A stretch of 64,000 bases of DNA from Escherichia phage EscoHU1. The notes beneath the pieces were generated by a model, which did not search any database, had not been told where the DNA came from, and worked only from the letters and a program-made list of their open reading frames with translations. Shown here piece by piece: positions 36,981 to 45,751 of the stretch. Each line of letters begins with the position of its first letter. Positions within the stretch are counted from its first letter, which is position 1. The DNA is taken from sequence record NC_133119.1, one strand, 5' to 3'. Position numbers and translations under genes: made by a program.

Positions 36981-37431
36981 GAAAATTTTTCAAGTTTTCT
37001 GTATTCATTTCATCTAAATCCATGAGGGAAGTAAACCCATTTAGTTTTTTAGCAAACTTCTCACCAGCAGAATCATTATCGCCTACGGCTACTACTTTAA
37101 AAGGTTGTAATTTTAGCTGCTTTAGCAATGCTTTGCTAGGGGAAGATCCTAGCATTGCTAGTGCGGGATATCCCGCGTTGTGTAGTGCCACAGCTTTAAA
37201 TACAGATTCTGCAACTAATACTAGGTCTTCATTACCTGTAAGAGTTTCTAAACCCCATAGACATTGAGTAGAAGAATGCGTAAAATATTTAGCTTCAGAA
37301 GGACATTTTCCATGACCTTTAGCTGCACTAGGGTTATATGTTTGATATCCACGTAACATGCCAGAGAAATCATACAGTGGAACTGTTAACCATCCATGTG
37401 GAGAGCCAACAGTGATACTTACCACTATCAA
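36958..37431 (-). CDS. hypothetical protein (possible Toprim-like fold)
   Basis: 157 aa; LVLVAESV...VVAVGDNDSAGEKF. Confidence 0.4.
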   Translation of the reverse strand: MIVVSITVGSPHGWLTVPLYDFSGMLRGYQTYNPSAAKGHGKCPSEAKYFTHSSTQCLWGLETLTGNEDLVLVAESVFKAVALHNAGYPALAMLGSSPSKALLKQLKLQPFKVVAVGDNDSAGEKFAKKLNGFTSLMDLDEMNTENLKNFLAMKLNF

Positions 37432-37505
37432 AGCCCCTAGATAAAAGATGTTGTTTTAACTCGTCAACAGTCATATATGACTCCTATCTATAATTTATAG
37501 AATAT

Positions 37506-37534
37506 ATTATATAGAAAATTTCGGCATTAAGCAA
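37506..37534 (-). promoter_or_regulatory. early sigma70 promoter (-35 TTGCTT, -10 TATAAT)
   Basis: 17-bp spacer. Confidence 0.7.
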
Positions 37535-37542
37535 GTGAAATT

Positions 37543-37839
37543 TTACTGAACACTGCACTGATACACTTGTTTGATACGTGTCACTGACTTCTTAGTTGGA
37601 TTGATAGAAGAACCTTGCCACCAACGTGATTCTGAGCTGAGAACAGCACCAGGAACAGCTTGTTCTTTTGGCAGAACAATATCAAAACATTGCTCACCCA
37701 TATTATCTTTAATGTGTGACCAAATATCCAAAGTAAATCGTTCTAACTTATTACAAACCTGAACTTGACAAAGTTCCTGTTGCGGAGCAGCAAATACAGA
37801 AGTAGATACTAGAGTCAATGCAAGTACAATGCGTTTCAT
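37543..37839 (-). CDS. secreted protein (signal peptide)
   Basis: 98 aa; MKRIVLALTLVSTSVFAAP. Confidence 0.45.
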   Translation of the reverse strand: MKRIVLALTLVSTSVFAAPQQELCQVQVCNKLERFTLDIWSHIKDNMGEQCFDIVLPKEQAVPGAVLSSESRWWQGSSINPTKKSVTRIKQVYQCSVQ

Positions 37840-37869
37840 GTTTGATTCCTCTCTCGAATTTATAAATAT

Positions 37870-37898
37870 ATTATACAGAAATTTTCTATATTAAGCAA
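37870..37898 (-). promoter_or_regulatory. early sigma70 promoter (-35 TTGCTT, -10 TATAAT)
   Basis: 17-bp spacer. Confidence 0.7.
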
Positions 37899-37916
37899 GT
37901 GAAAATTTCTGTATAA

Positions 37917-37937
37917 TAGCCCTCGCTTAGAGGGCTA
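37917..37937 (-). terminator. hairpin terminator (TAGCCCTC-GCTTA-GAGGGCTA)
   Basis: Directly after PnuC-like stop. Confidence 0.45.
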
Positions 37938-37945
37938 TAACTACT

Positions 37946-38638
37946 TTATTTGTTAACGCGTACAAAGTATCCTTTATAGGCTCCAAGAATGGAGTTACCT
38001 AAGAATACTAGCCACATTGCTAGGATTGCATAAGATGCACCTGTAGATTGAGCAGTTACAAGCCAAATGTATACAGTACCAATGTTAATAGCAATCCAGA
38101 TCAGCCATTGTTCAGCATATTGCTTGACCATAAGCCACATAGCAATCACACTACCAACCGCAGTAAATGCATCGAGCATCGGGAATGGATCAGCTGTAGT
38201 AGCAAGGAAGCTACCGTAACCTAAAGTAGCTACTGCTAGAACCCCTAGAGTCAGCAAAGCTTGGGCTTTAGTCAGAATCTTAGTTGGAACATCTGGCAGA
38301 TTACTTGGCTTATTTTTATGCCATAAGTACATTCCGTAGAACTGCATAGGAACGTAGTACAATAGGTTTAATGCTGCGTTACCATAAAGATCTGCATTTA
38401 AAGCTGTAATACCATAGGTAAGAACACCAACTAAGCCCCAAATATAGTTGGAAACGCGTCCTTTTGCAACCAAAATAACACAAACTACGTTGGTTATCGC
38501 AGTAGCCCAATCTAGAGGTGTACCATTATAGTTAGCTAAACTAATGAAGGCAACCGCTATGAACAGCCACAGATATTCCAGAGGTTTCCAGTTTTTAAAG
38601 TCATTTACGAGATAGTTAGTCATATTAAAACTCTCCAA
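37946..38638 (-). CDS. pnuC: nicotinamide riboside/NMN transporter PnuC-like
   Basis: 230 aa multi-TM; family resemblance (WLFIAVAFISL...YGMYLW). Confidence 0.65.
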   Translation of the reverse strand: MESFNMTNYLVNDFKNWKPLEYLWLFIAVAFISLANYNGTPLDWATAITNVVCVILVAKGRVSNYIWGLVGVLTYGITALNADLYGNAALNLLYYVPMQFYGMYLWHKNKPSNLPDVPTKILTKAQALLTLGVLAVATLGYGSFLATTADPFPMLDAFTAVGSVIAMWLMVKQYAEQWLIWIAINIGTVYIWLVTAQSTGASYAILAMWLVFLGNSILGAYKGYFVRVNK

Positions 38639-39680
38639 CGTTAAAGTGATGAATCAGCCAGTCTACTGCGTTTACTGCTTCGTCCATACGAACTTTGTAG
38701 TCCGGGGAGTCGATGTAAACAGTACGCCCTTCAGGGAACTGATTTGGAAATTCTTTCTTCATCTGCTCGAACAGTTCAGAAGTAATTGAACGATCGGAGT
38801 TAATACGTAAACCATCATCTACCCACTTGACAGTAGGCGCTAGAACAATTACTAAATCGTAATGTTCTTCTTTTGCAATTGCTGTAACCACAGGGTTCTT
38901 ACGATGTTCATAAAGTCTGTGGTAGAACTCAGTAATAAAAGCATTTGTATCCACAAACATGATCTTATTTGCAGTACGTTCTGCTTCAAATTCTAGCTCT
39001 TTGTGTCTGAACGCAATTTTACTATAATCTTCGCTGGTAAGCAGATTTTCGTTACCAACTAGATCAACTTCACAATACGTTCGGCCATATTCTTCTACCC
39101 ACGAAGTGTTGTATAGCTTCGCAAGGTATTTTGTTAAAGTAGTCTTTCCCGAGCTTTCAGTCCCAATGATTACAACCTTACGCACGTAATCTTTACGAAC
39201 TACGCTAGGAAGAAACTCCCAATACTTCATAAGATCATTACGAATCATTGTAGCTGAGATTGGAACACGAGTCCGATCAGAATCTACAATATAATGACCA
39301 AACTTCGGCAGATATTTCTTATATTCTGCATCATAGTCTAGTTCGCTAGAGAAAATGGTGATCTCAGGCAAATGTCCATAATTTTCATTAAGGATTCTAG
39401 CATATTCCGGCCAACCATTCGGATATTCAGGAATATCATCTTCAATAATGTACTCTACCGAAACGTGCTCAATATCCGCGTAAGTTTGTTCTAACCAACG
39501 AAGTCGATTCTTTAACTGTAATACTTCCTGATCACGTGTGTTCTGCTTATCCAGCCAACGATTATCATGACTAACTACAACAATAACTCGTTCACACATA
39601 GTTGCTGCTGTGTTTATTAGGTTAATATGACCACGCGTTAATGGTGCGAACTTACCAATTACTAGACCAGTCTTAATCAT
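38625..39680 (-). CDS. nadR: NadR-like bifunctional NMN adenylyltransferase / ribosylnicotinamide kinase
   Basis: GKFAPLTRGH nucleotidyltransferase motif + P-loop GTESSGKTT; start set at MIKTGLVIGKF after GAGG RBS. Confidence 0.7.
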   Translation of the reverse strand: MIKTGLVIGKFAPLTRGHINLINTAATMCERVIVVVSHDNRWLDKQNTRDQEVLQLKNRLRWLEQTYADIEHVSVEYIIEDDIPEYPNGWPEYARILNENYGHLPEITIFSSELDYDAEYKKYLPKFGHYIVDSDRTRVPISATMIRNDLMKYWEFLPSVVRKDYVRKVVIIGTESSGKTTLTKYLAKLYNTSWVEEYGRTYCEVDLVGNENLLTSEDYSKIAFRHKELEFEAERTANKIMFVDTNAFITEFYHRLYEHRKNPVVTAIAKEEHYDLVIVLAPTVKWVDDGLRINSDRSITSELFEQMKKEFPNQFPEGRTVYIDSPDYKVRMDEAVNAVDWLIHHFNVGEF

Positions 39681-39710
39681 ATTTGATTCCTCTCTCAAAT
39701 TTATAAATAT

Positions 39711-39739
39711 ATTATACAGAGAATTTAGCATTCAAGCAA
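39711..39739 (-). promoter_or_regulatory. early sigma70 promoter (-35 TTGCTT, -10 TATAAT)
   Basis: 17-bp spacer. Confidence 0.7.
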
Positions 39740-39855
39740 TCGAATTTTTTAACTTTTTAGAGGAAAATCGCAGGGCACTTAAGGGTAGCAGATGAGTGGT
39801 GAGGACCAGAAATTGTTACCCCAATAAAAATCCGGGGGCAATTTTTAAAGACCCC

Positions 39856-39884
39856 TTGACATTTTCGCTGGGATAGGATAAAGT
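39856..39884 (+). promoter_or_regulatory. candidate plus-strand promoter (-35 TTGACA, -10 TAAAGT)
   Basis: 17-bp spacer; -10 is weak. Confidence 0.3.
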
Positions 39885-39945
39885 ATATGTTATGGATGAG
39901 TGATCAAAGAGACACACATTTTCTATATACTAGGAGGTGTCAAAA

Positions 39946-40974
39946 ATGACAGAAGAAGTAGCTAAGAAACCTGAATCTCTAAGTGAAGTAGCAGCAGAAC
40001 TGCATCGTCACGAAGAATCAGACAAGAAAAAGTGGGAAAAGCTTAAAGCTCAAGAGCGAGCTGACGAGCATCATTATCATCATCACCATCATGAACACTA
40101 TGAGGAAGATGATGAAGACGACGAAGAAGAAGATGAACATGAACATCATGGTTATCACAAATATGGAGAAAGAAAAATGCAAGAACCAGTAAACGTATTC
40201 ACTAACGGCTTCCCTGGCCTGATGGGTGGTTACCCAGCTAACGCAGGTGCTTTCGGTGGAGAAGGTATGGGTCTATTCGGAGCTATCCTAATCGGTGCTC
40301 TATTAACAGGCGGATTCGGTGGATTTGGTGGATTTGGCGGACGTGGAGCAGGTGCTGTGGCTGAATTAACTGGTGTAGAAACTGTTCTGAGTAACCAAAA
40401 TACGTCAAGTATCCTATCTGCAATCAATACTGCTCGTACTGAAGCTAACCAGGGAACTGGTGCTGTTCTAAGCGCAGTAAATGGTGTAGGTGCTGCAGGT
40501 GCTGCTAGCACTCAGCAGATTCTGACTTCTCTGTACGGTACTGGTGCTAACCTGTCCAATCAGATCTGTCAGGAAACTCGTAGCGTTATTCAGGGTCAGT
40601 TTGACCTGTCTCGCCAGATCGATCAGTCCTTCGCGGCTAACCAGATCGCTCGTGCTCAAGACAAGTTTGATGCTGCTCAGATCGCTTTCCAGCAGACTAT
40701 TCAGACTAACAACCAGTTCGCTGCTGTAGCTGCACAGGCGTGCGCTAACCAGAACGCTCTGGAACGTCAGATCGCTGAATGTTGCTGTGAACTTCAGACT
40801 GCAATCGCTGGTGTAACTACTGCGCGTATTCAGGATGAATTAGATGAATGCCGTCTGCGTGAAGCAATCGCTGCAGGTAATGGTGCTAATGGTCAGGTAA
40901 TCAACCAAATCGCTGTAAGTCTTGGTGCTATCACTCAGACTCTAGCTGGTCTGCAGGCTAAACTGCCGGCTTAA
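39946..40974 (+). CDS. low-complexity protein: His/acidic-rich N-terminus, Gly-rich segment, Q/A-rich C-terminus
   Basis: AGGAGG RBS then ATG (track's GTG start at 39937 trimmed); HHYHHHHHEHYEEDDEDDEEEDEHEHH; GGFGGFGGFGG. Confidence 0.55.
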   Translation: MTEEVAKKPESLSEVAAELHRHEESDKKKWEKLKAQERADEHHYHHHHHEHYEEDDEDDEEEDEHEHHGYHKYGERKMQEPVNVFTNGFPGLMGGYPANAGAFGGEGMGLFGAILIGALLTGGFGGFGGFGGRGAGAVAELTGVETVLSNQNTSSILSAINTARTEANQGTGAVLSAVNGVGAAGAASTQQILTSLYGTGANLSNQICQETRSVIQGQFDLSRQIDQSFAANQIARAQDKFDAAQIAFQQTIQTNNQFAAVAAQACANQNALERQIAECCCELQTAIAGVTTARIQDELDECRLREAIAAGNGANGQVINQIAVSLGAITQTLAGLQAKLPA

Positions 40975-40996
40975 TAATTAAGGGGAGGAGCCCATT

Positions 40997-41431
40997 ATGA
41001 GTAAATATGGTTTTGTGAACAACGGATTTAATCAACAAATGGGCTCCCAGCAGCCCGTTCCGGGTCTAGATAACCCTTACTTACAACAGTTGCAACAGCG
41101 TTTGGCAGAAGCACAAAATATGCAACAGCAGTTCCAACAACCTGGAACTGCTAACCCTATGCAGATGATGCAACAGCAAATGGTAGGGCAGCCGCAAATG
41201 CCTCAACAAATGCAGCCTCAGATGCAGCAAATGCAACAAATGCCTCAACAGCAGCAAGTTCAACAACTCCAACATCCGCAGGTATCTGCGGAAGGACAGG
41301 CTGTTCTAGCCCTTTTCGAAGACTTCGCTAAAACAGAGGATGGGAAGCAACTTGTATCGCTTATGGGTAAGTTTAACAGCTTCTGTCAGAGTCAGGTTGC
41401 AAAAGCTCAGAATGGGGGTAATAACTCCTAA
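40997..41431 (+). CDS. Gln-rich protein
   Basis: 144 aa; GGAGG RBS; long Q/M/P repeats. Confidence 0.5.
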   Translation: MSKYGFVNNGFNQQMGSQQPVPGLDNPYLQQLQQRLAEAQNMQQQFQQPGTANPMQMMQQQMVGQPQMPQQMQPQMQQMQQMPQQQQVQQLQHPQVSAEGQAVLALFEDFAKTEDGKQLVSLMGKFNSFCQSQVAKAQNGGNNS

Positions 41432-41440
41432 GGAGAAATT

Positions 41441-41635
41441 ATGTGTTGTAGAAAACCTGTGTCATGCTGTCCTATGCCTGTAGCACGTTGTTGCTCTCCA
41501 GCAATGTTTACACAAATACCGGTGTTCAATCCCTTTGCCTTTAAGCCTACTCTTATCCTGCCCCCTAGAGTAGATTTTCAGTCAAGATTGGTCTCCCGTA
41601 TGGGTGGTTGCTGTACACCGAGAGTATGGTTCTAA
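41441..41635 (+). CDS. small Cys-rich protein
   Basis: 64 aa; AGGAG RBS; 9 Cys. Confidence 0.4.
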   Translation: MCCRKPVSCCPMPVARCCSPAMFTQIPVFNPFAFKPTLILPPRVDFQSRLVSRMGGCCTPRVWF

Positions 41636-41648
41636 ACCAAAAAACAAA

Positions 41649-41673
41649 AGCCCCTACGTCTTTTGACTAGGGG
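41649..41673. terminator. bidirectional rho-independent terminator
   Basis: GCCCCTA-loop-TAGGGGC with T-runs on both sides. Confidence 0.65.
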
Positions 41674-41682
41674 CTTTCTTGT

Positions 41683-42213
41683 TTATAAATTTAAGTAATC
41701 TAGAGAAGGTATCACACCATCAAATTCTTCTAGGATAGCAAACTCTCCAGCAAATTCTTTCCTCATTTCGTTAGCTTTTGCTATCGCACTTCCAAGATCT
41801 TCGTAACCAAAAGATCCTCCTGATCTTTTAATACCTTCCTTATCTCTTATTAATACTCTCCATTTTTGCCTGTTCTTCTCCCAGCATACATTAGCATACC
41901 CAGACTTAGACTTTAATTTCTTATTTCTTTGATTTTGAGAATCTGTAGATTCTCTTAGATTGTCCCATGCATTATTATTTCTAATCCTATCTTTATGATC
42001 GACCATGCTAGGTAGGTATCCTTTTACATAAAGGAATGCTAGAACATGGGCTAAGTACATTTTTCCAGAGATCTGAATTCTGATATATCCATCAGATGTT
42101 AGGCTTCCCGCAATGCTGCCGGCCTTCTTGTTTCCTCTACTAACCTTATATGTAAACAATCCAGTTTCTTGATCATAGTCAAAAAGCTCTTTCAATTTTT
42201 CTTGAGTTAACAT
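41683..42213 (-). CDS. HNH endonuclease with AP2-like DNA-binding domain
   Basis: 176 aa; YLAHVLAF...VDHKDRIRNNNAWDNLR; C-terminal GYANVCWEK...RSGGSFGYEDLGSAIAKANEMR. Confidence 0.7.
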   Translation of the reverse strand: MLTQEKLKELFDYDQETGLFTYKVSRGNKKAGSIAGSLTSDGYIRIQISGKMYLAHVLAFLYVKGYLPSMVDHKDRIRNNNAWDNLRESTDSQNQRNKKLKSKSGYANVCWEKNRQKWRVLIRDKEGIKRSGGSFGYEDLGSAIAKANEMRKEFAGEFAILEEFDGVIPSLDYLNL

Positions 42214-42287
42214 AAGTTCCTTAAATACAGAAAAGCCCTGCGCTCTCCAGGGAACGCAGGGCTTACTTCAGAGATTACATGCTGGTA

Positions 42288-43232
42288 TTACTTATTACGC
42301 ATATCCATGATCATCTGGCCATCGTAACCAGTTCCCACTACTGTTTGCGGTACACCACCTTGGTATTTTTCAGCACGAAGCATTTCAACTTCCAGCTGCT
42401 TCCAACGAATCATTTCAGGAGTAATGGTACGTTGCAGAGCGGCGTTAGCTTCAGCTTCTTTCTTAGCTGCGTACAGTTTAGCATCTGCGTCACGTTCGTT
42501 AGCTACTGCCATGTTTTCACGAGCAGAGCGATCTGCTTCAGCTTGCTTAACTTTCTGCTGTGCTTCTTGTTCAACACGAGCCAGTTCAGCTTTTGCTGCG
42601 TTAACTTGTTCTTCACGAACTTTTGTGTTCTGTACCTGTTCCATAATTACCGGTGGCAGAGTAATATCCTGAAGGAATACTTGCTTAACGGTGTAACCAT
42701 AAGGGCGCGCATACTCTTCTACTTCTTGCTGAATAGCAGTTTGCAGTTGAGCCTGAATCTTAGCGTCGAACAGATCTTGTGCTTTTGGTACAGACTTACC
42801 AAACTCACGAATCGTAGATAGCATCTTCTCTTCAACGTATTTGTTAAGAGCTTGATCCTGAGTACCTGCGTTAACACGGTTCATAGGAGCTTTAGCTCCA
42901 TCAAACTGTAACATAACGGTAATGTCAACAGTAGACTTAAACTTATCCTGGCTAGGAACCTGAAGTTTATCCAGTTTCATAGAAATATCTTTCGTACTAA
43001 AAGTATCAAAAGAGGCTAATGGGTTAACAATATGGAAGCCTGGCAATACAGGATTCGGGCTAACTTTACCCAGGAAAGTTTGAGTCTTAACAGTACCATC
43101 CTGAACAACTGTATAGGAATTGAGAGCCAGAATAAGAGCACCAAGACCAACAGCAGCACCAACACCCCAACGTTTAATAGTACGAATTACTTTTTGCTCA
43201 GAAGTCAGTTCTTTAGTGTTTTTAGTAAACAT
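42288..43232 (-). CDS. SPFH/band-7 (stomatin/prohibitin/HflK-like) membrane protein
   Basis: N-terminal TM then SPFH-like core and long coiled coil; start moved to MFTKNTKEL to clear the tRNA. Confidence 0.65.
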   Translation of the reverse strand: MFTKNTKELTSEQKVIRTIKRWGVGAAVGLGALILALNSYTVVQDGTVKTQTFLGKVSPNPVLPGFHIVNPLASFDTFSTKDISMKLDKLQVPSQDKFKSTVDITVMLQFDGAKAPMNRVNAGTQDQALNKYVEEKMLSTIREFGKSVPKAQDLFDAKIQAQLQTAIQQEVEEYARPYGYTVKQVFLQDITLPPVIMEQVQNTKVREEQVNAAKAELARVEQEAQQKVKQAEADRSARENMAVANERDADAKLYAAKKEAEANAALQRTITPEMIRWKQLEVEMLRAEKYQGGVPQTVVGTGYDGQMIMDMRNK

Positions 43233-43265
43233 ATATTTCCTTTGTTTAGTTACAGTTAATAAAAT

Positions 43266-43340
43266 TGGCCGAGGTGACAGGATTCGAACCTGCATAAAGG
43301 AATTTAGAAGACTCCTGCCTATCCCTTAGACTACACCCCG
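43266..43340 (-). tRNA. tRNA-Arg (UCU)
   Basis: Loop CTTCTAA, T-arm GCAGGTTCGAATCCTGT, G73-CCA. Confidence 0.75.
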
Positions 43341-44199
43341 TTTAGGTATTTTTAAGAACTCTCGTAAAAGTCCATAAAAATACCCGACGGTAGGTAGGGT
43401 CAGCCCCCTCAGATTAAGCTCTGCAGCCCTTCCGTCAGACAATATCTTCCAGTTTAAGTCAGGGTGACTTTGTGGTTATGTTCTCCGTATGTGAAGAACT
43501 CGGTTAGGCTTAGGTCATGACTCCCAGCCTGCTGCTGCCGCTCAACAGGAATTATCGCGAATTACCTGTACTATTGGGCACCATTAGTGACATCTCTCAT
43601 GTCAGCATTTCCCACTCTCATATTCACGCGGTCTGTTAGAATCGCACCTCCGATTTTCGATGCGAAGCTGGATGCCTAGTCTCTAGGTTAAACGGGGCAC
43701 ACACTAGGCAGTGATCCCGAGTTCCGAGTTTGGTTGAGGCCGTCAGGTTTCCTCGTGGTTTAGCTGTTTCGATTCTAACCTAATACTGATCAGGCGGTGT
43801 ACCTCCTGAACCGTCATAGTATGTACTACAGCAGCGAATGCTTATCCGGTATAAGCCCGAGTTATCTGATTCTTTCCGACCGCAGGATTCGAACCTGCAT
43901 CTTCCACCAGTTACGGTTTGATATTACCGTTTATACTAGGACGGCAGTGTTATCACATAAGTCAGTTCGACACCCCACTAACATAAACTAGAGAAGAGTT
44001 TACGAGATTTCGGGACAGCTCCCGAGTTTTCCGCAGATTTTCAGTTCCCTATCAATAGCAATAAGCGTTAGCTCGTAGCCTCTCTCAGAGTACTTACTAG
44101 TCTCCAACTCACCGACTCTATTCAGTGGAATAGCTATCCTAGTAGGAATCACTAAACTCACTCAGCGTAATCGGCTCGCTGTTCTCTAATTTATGAATC
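43341..44199 (-). ncRNA. candidate structured non-coding RNA / long leader (GC-richer ORF-free island)
   Basis: About 860 nt with no ORF of 60 aa or more on the transcribed strand; immediately downstream of promoter 44200-44228; T-arm-like hairpin at about 43875-43895. Confidence 0.35.
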
Positions 44200-44228
44200 T
44201 ATTATACAGAATTTTGAAGCGTTTAGCA
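44200..44228 (-). promoter_or_regulatory. early sigma70 promoter (-35 TTGCTA, -10 TATAAT) reading into the ORF-free island
   Basis: 17-bp spacer. Confidence 0.7.
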
Positions 44229-44237
44229 AATCAATTT

Positions 44238-44681
44238 TTAATTAAATTCGCCAGCAACCTGAGCAGCAATGCCACCATCGTAACGACCAGGAAACTCTTC
44301 CTTAATCGCTTTCATCAGCATACCCTTTGTAATCCCAGGATTCAACTTAACTAATTCTGCAAAGTATTTGCGAATCTCAGAATCAGATAACTGAGGCGGC
44401 AGATACTGTTGTAGCCATTTGTTCAGTATATATTCATACTGAGCAGACTGCAAGCTATAATTATCAAGGTCTTGACCGTGAAGTTTAGCTTTCGTCTGAT
44501 TAATGCTTTTCAGTTGAGCTTTTAGATAAGATACAAACTGTTCAGAAGTAATGAAGTCTTTATCAACACGCTGAAGATCTCCGATTATGGTCTGGTAGCT
44601 TTTAGCTACTTCTTTATCAGAACCATCAACCTTAGATTCCTGCAAAGCCCTACGCAAAACATCTAGAATATTCTCTTCCAT
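44238..44681 (-). CDS. GatB/YqeY-domain-like protein
   Basis: 147 aa; C-terminus GMLMKAIKEEFPGRYDGGIAAQVAGEF. Confidence 0.5.
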   Translation of the reverse strand: MEENILDVLRRALQESKVDGSDKEVAKSYQTIIGDLQRVDKDFITSEQFVSYLKAQLKSINQTKAKLHGQDLDNYSLQSAQYEYILNKWLQQYLPPQLSDSEIRKYFAELVKLNPGITKGMLMKAIKEEFPGRYDGGIAAQVAGEFN

Positions 44682-44689
44682 TATTTAAT

Positions 44690-44851
44690 TCCCAGTGCTT
44701 GGTTAAAAGATTGTTCTGTCATAACTGCCGAGACTTTGGCGAAATCAAACTTCTTAGGGTTTGTAGTAATTTCAGCAACGTTAGTAGTTTTAACTGTTTT
44801 CGTAGTACGGATACCACGAGTATTAACACCAATAATTACAACTGATTTCAT
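44690..44851 (-). CDS. possible small protein (about 55 aa)
   Basis: ATG after GAGAGG RBS downstream of promoter 44883-44911; below ORF-track cutoff. Confidence 0.35.
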
Positions 44852-44882
44852 ATTTCGCTTCCTCTCATTAATTTATGAAAGT

Positions 44883-44911
44883 ATTATACAGAAATTTAAG
44901 TCTTTAAGCAA
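44883..44911 (-). promoter_or_regulatory. early sigma70 promoter (-35 TTGCTT, -10 TATAAT)
   Basis: 17-bp spacer. Confidence 0.7.
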
Positions 44912-44919
44912 TCGAATTT

Positions 44920-45387
44920 TTAAGTTTTCTTAACCACAGGCTTATAGAACGTATGACCTTGAATCTTCGTTGTTTTCTTAAACTTCTTTGTCCAGTACGG
45001 TTTATCTTTACCACTATGAAAGTATAACGCTCCATGTGTTGGATCTTGTGGTAAATCAACGTAGTATATCACTCTAGCTAAATTCTTAGCAACTTGCCAA
45101 GCCTCATCGGTTTTATCAACTTTTGGTCTCTTGGCCACCCAAGAGAACTGGTTAGACTGATATACTACTTTACAGTAAGAATCAGGAAAAGTACCAGAGT
45201 TAACACGGTTTTTAGTAACCTGTGCAACTGCGATCATTCCTTTAGTGCCCTCACCTCGTGCTTCGAAGTAGATGTTTTTTGCAATGCAATCAATCTGCTT
45301 TGAGTCGTAGGTCGCATGACTATTGAAGCTATAGGTTAGGGCAGCTATTAAAAGCAAAGCTGCCTTCATTTTATTTACTCCGGCCAA
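44920..45387 (-). CDS. secreted cell-wall hydrolase (SleB/CwlJ-like)
   Basis: 155 aa; signal peptide; YFEARGEG...AVAQVTKNR. Confidence 0.55.
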   Translation of the reverse strand: MAGVNKMKAALLLIAALTYSFNSHATYDSKQIDCIAKNIYFEARGEGTKGMIAVAQVTKNRVNSGTFPDSYCKVVYQSNQFSWVAKRPKVDKTDEAWQVAKNLARVIYYVDLPQDPTHGALYFHSGKDKPYWTKKFKKTTKIQGHTFYKPVVKKT

Positions 45388-45692
45388 TCGTACTCAATAC
45401 GATTAGGGCTTTCTTGATACCCTTCGTCTAGGAGATCATTACGCATGGTCTCTTTAGCTACTGGGTTCGAGGTTACTAGTACCACTTTCTTGGGTCTCTG
45501 ACCAAATTCTAGGAGTAAACGAAGAATTTGATAACCTTCCATACCATCTACAGCCAGATCGTTATCCATATAAACGAAATGACCGGTGGTATCGGTTTTA
45601 TTCAGAAACTCAACAGCGGCTTCGGGGGTTCGAATGATAATGTCCATTCCATGAAGGTTACGCACATCATCAATCAGAATATGAAAAATCAT
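45375..45692 (-). CDS. hypothetical protein
   Basis: 105 aa ORF. Confidence 0.45.
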   Translation of the reverse strand: MIFHILIDDVRNLHGMDIIIRTPEAAVEFLNKTDTTGHFVYMDNDLAVDGMEGYQILRLLLEFGQRPKKVVLVTSNPVAKETMRNDLLDEGYQESPNRIEYDWPE

Positions 45693-45722
45693 AATAGCCT
45701 CGTCTCATCAATTTAAAAATAT

Positions 45723-45751
45723 ATTATACAGAAAACTAAACTAATTAGCAA
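45723..45751 (-). promoter_or_regulatory. early sigma70 promoter (-35 TTGCTA, -10 TATAAT)
   Basis: 17-bp spacer. Confidence 0.7.

Noticed and set aside
38625-39731. 368-aa version of the NadR-like gene
   Set aside because: The extension runs into promoter 39711-39739; start at 39680 follows an RBS and begins at the nucleotidyltransferase motif.
42279-42821. 180-aa plus-strand ORF
   Set aside because: Lies entirely antisense to the SPFH-like gene, which has clear domain features; low-complexity translation.
42288-43295. 335-aa version of the SPFH-like gene
   Set aside because: The N-terminal extension would overlap tRNA-Arg(UCU) at 43266-43340; internal start at 43232 used.
43797-43991. 64-aa plus-strand ORF inside the ORF-free island
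   Set aside because: No ribosome-binding site, opposite to local transcription direction, atypical composition; likely chance ORF.
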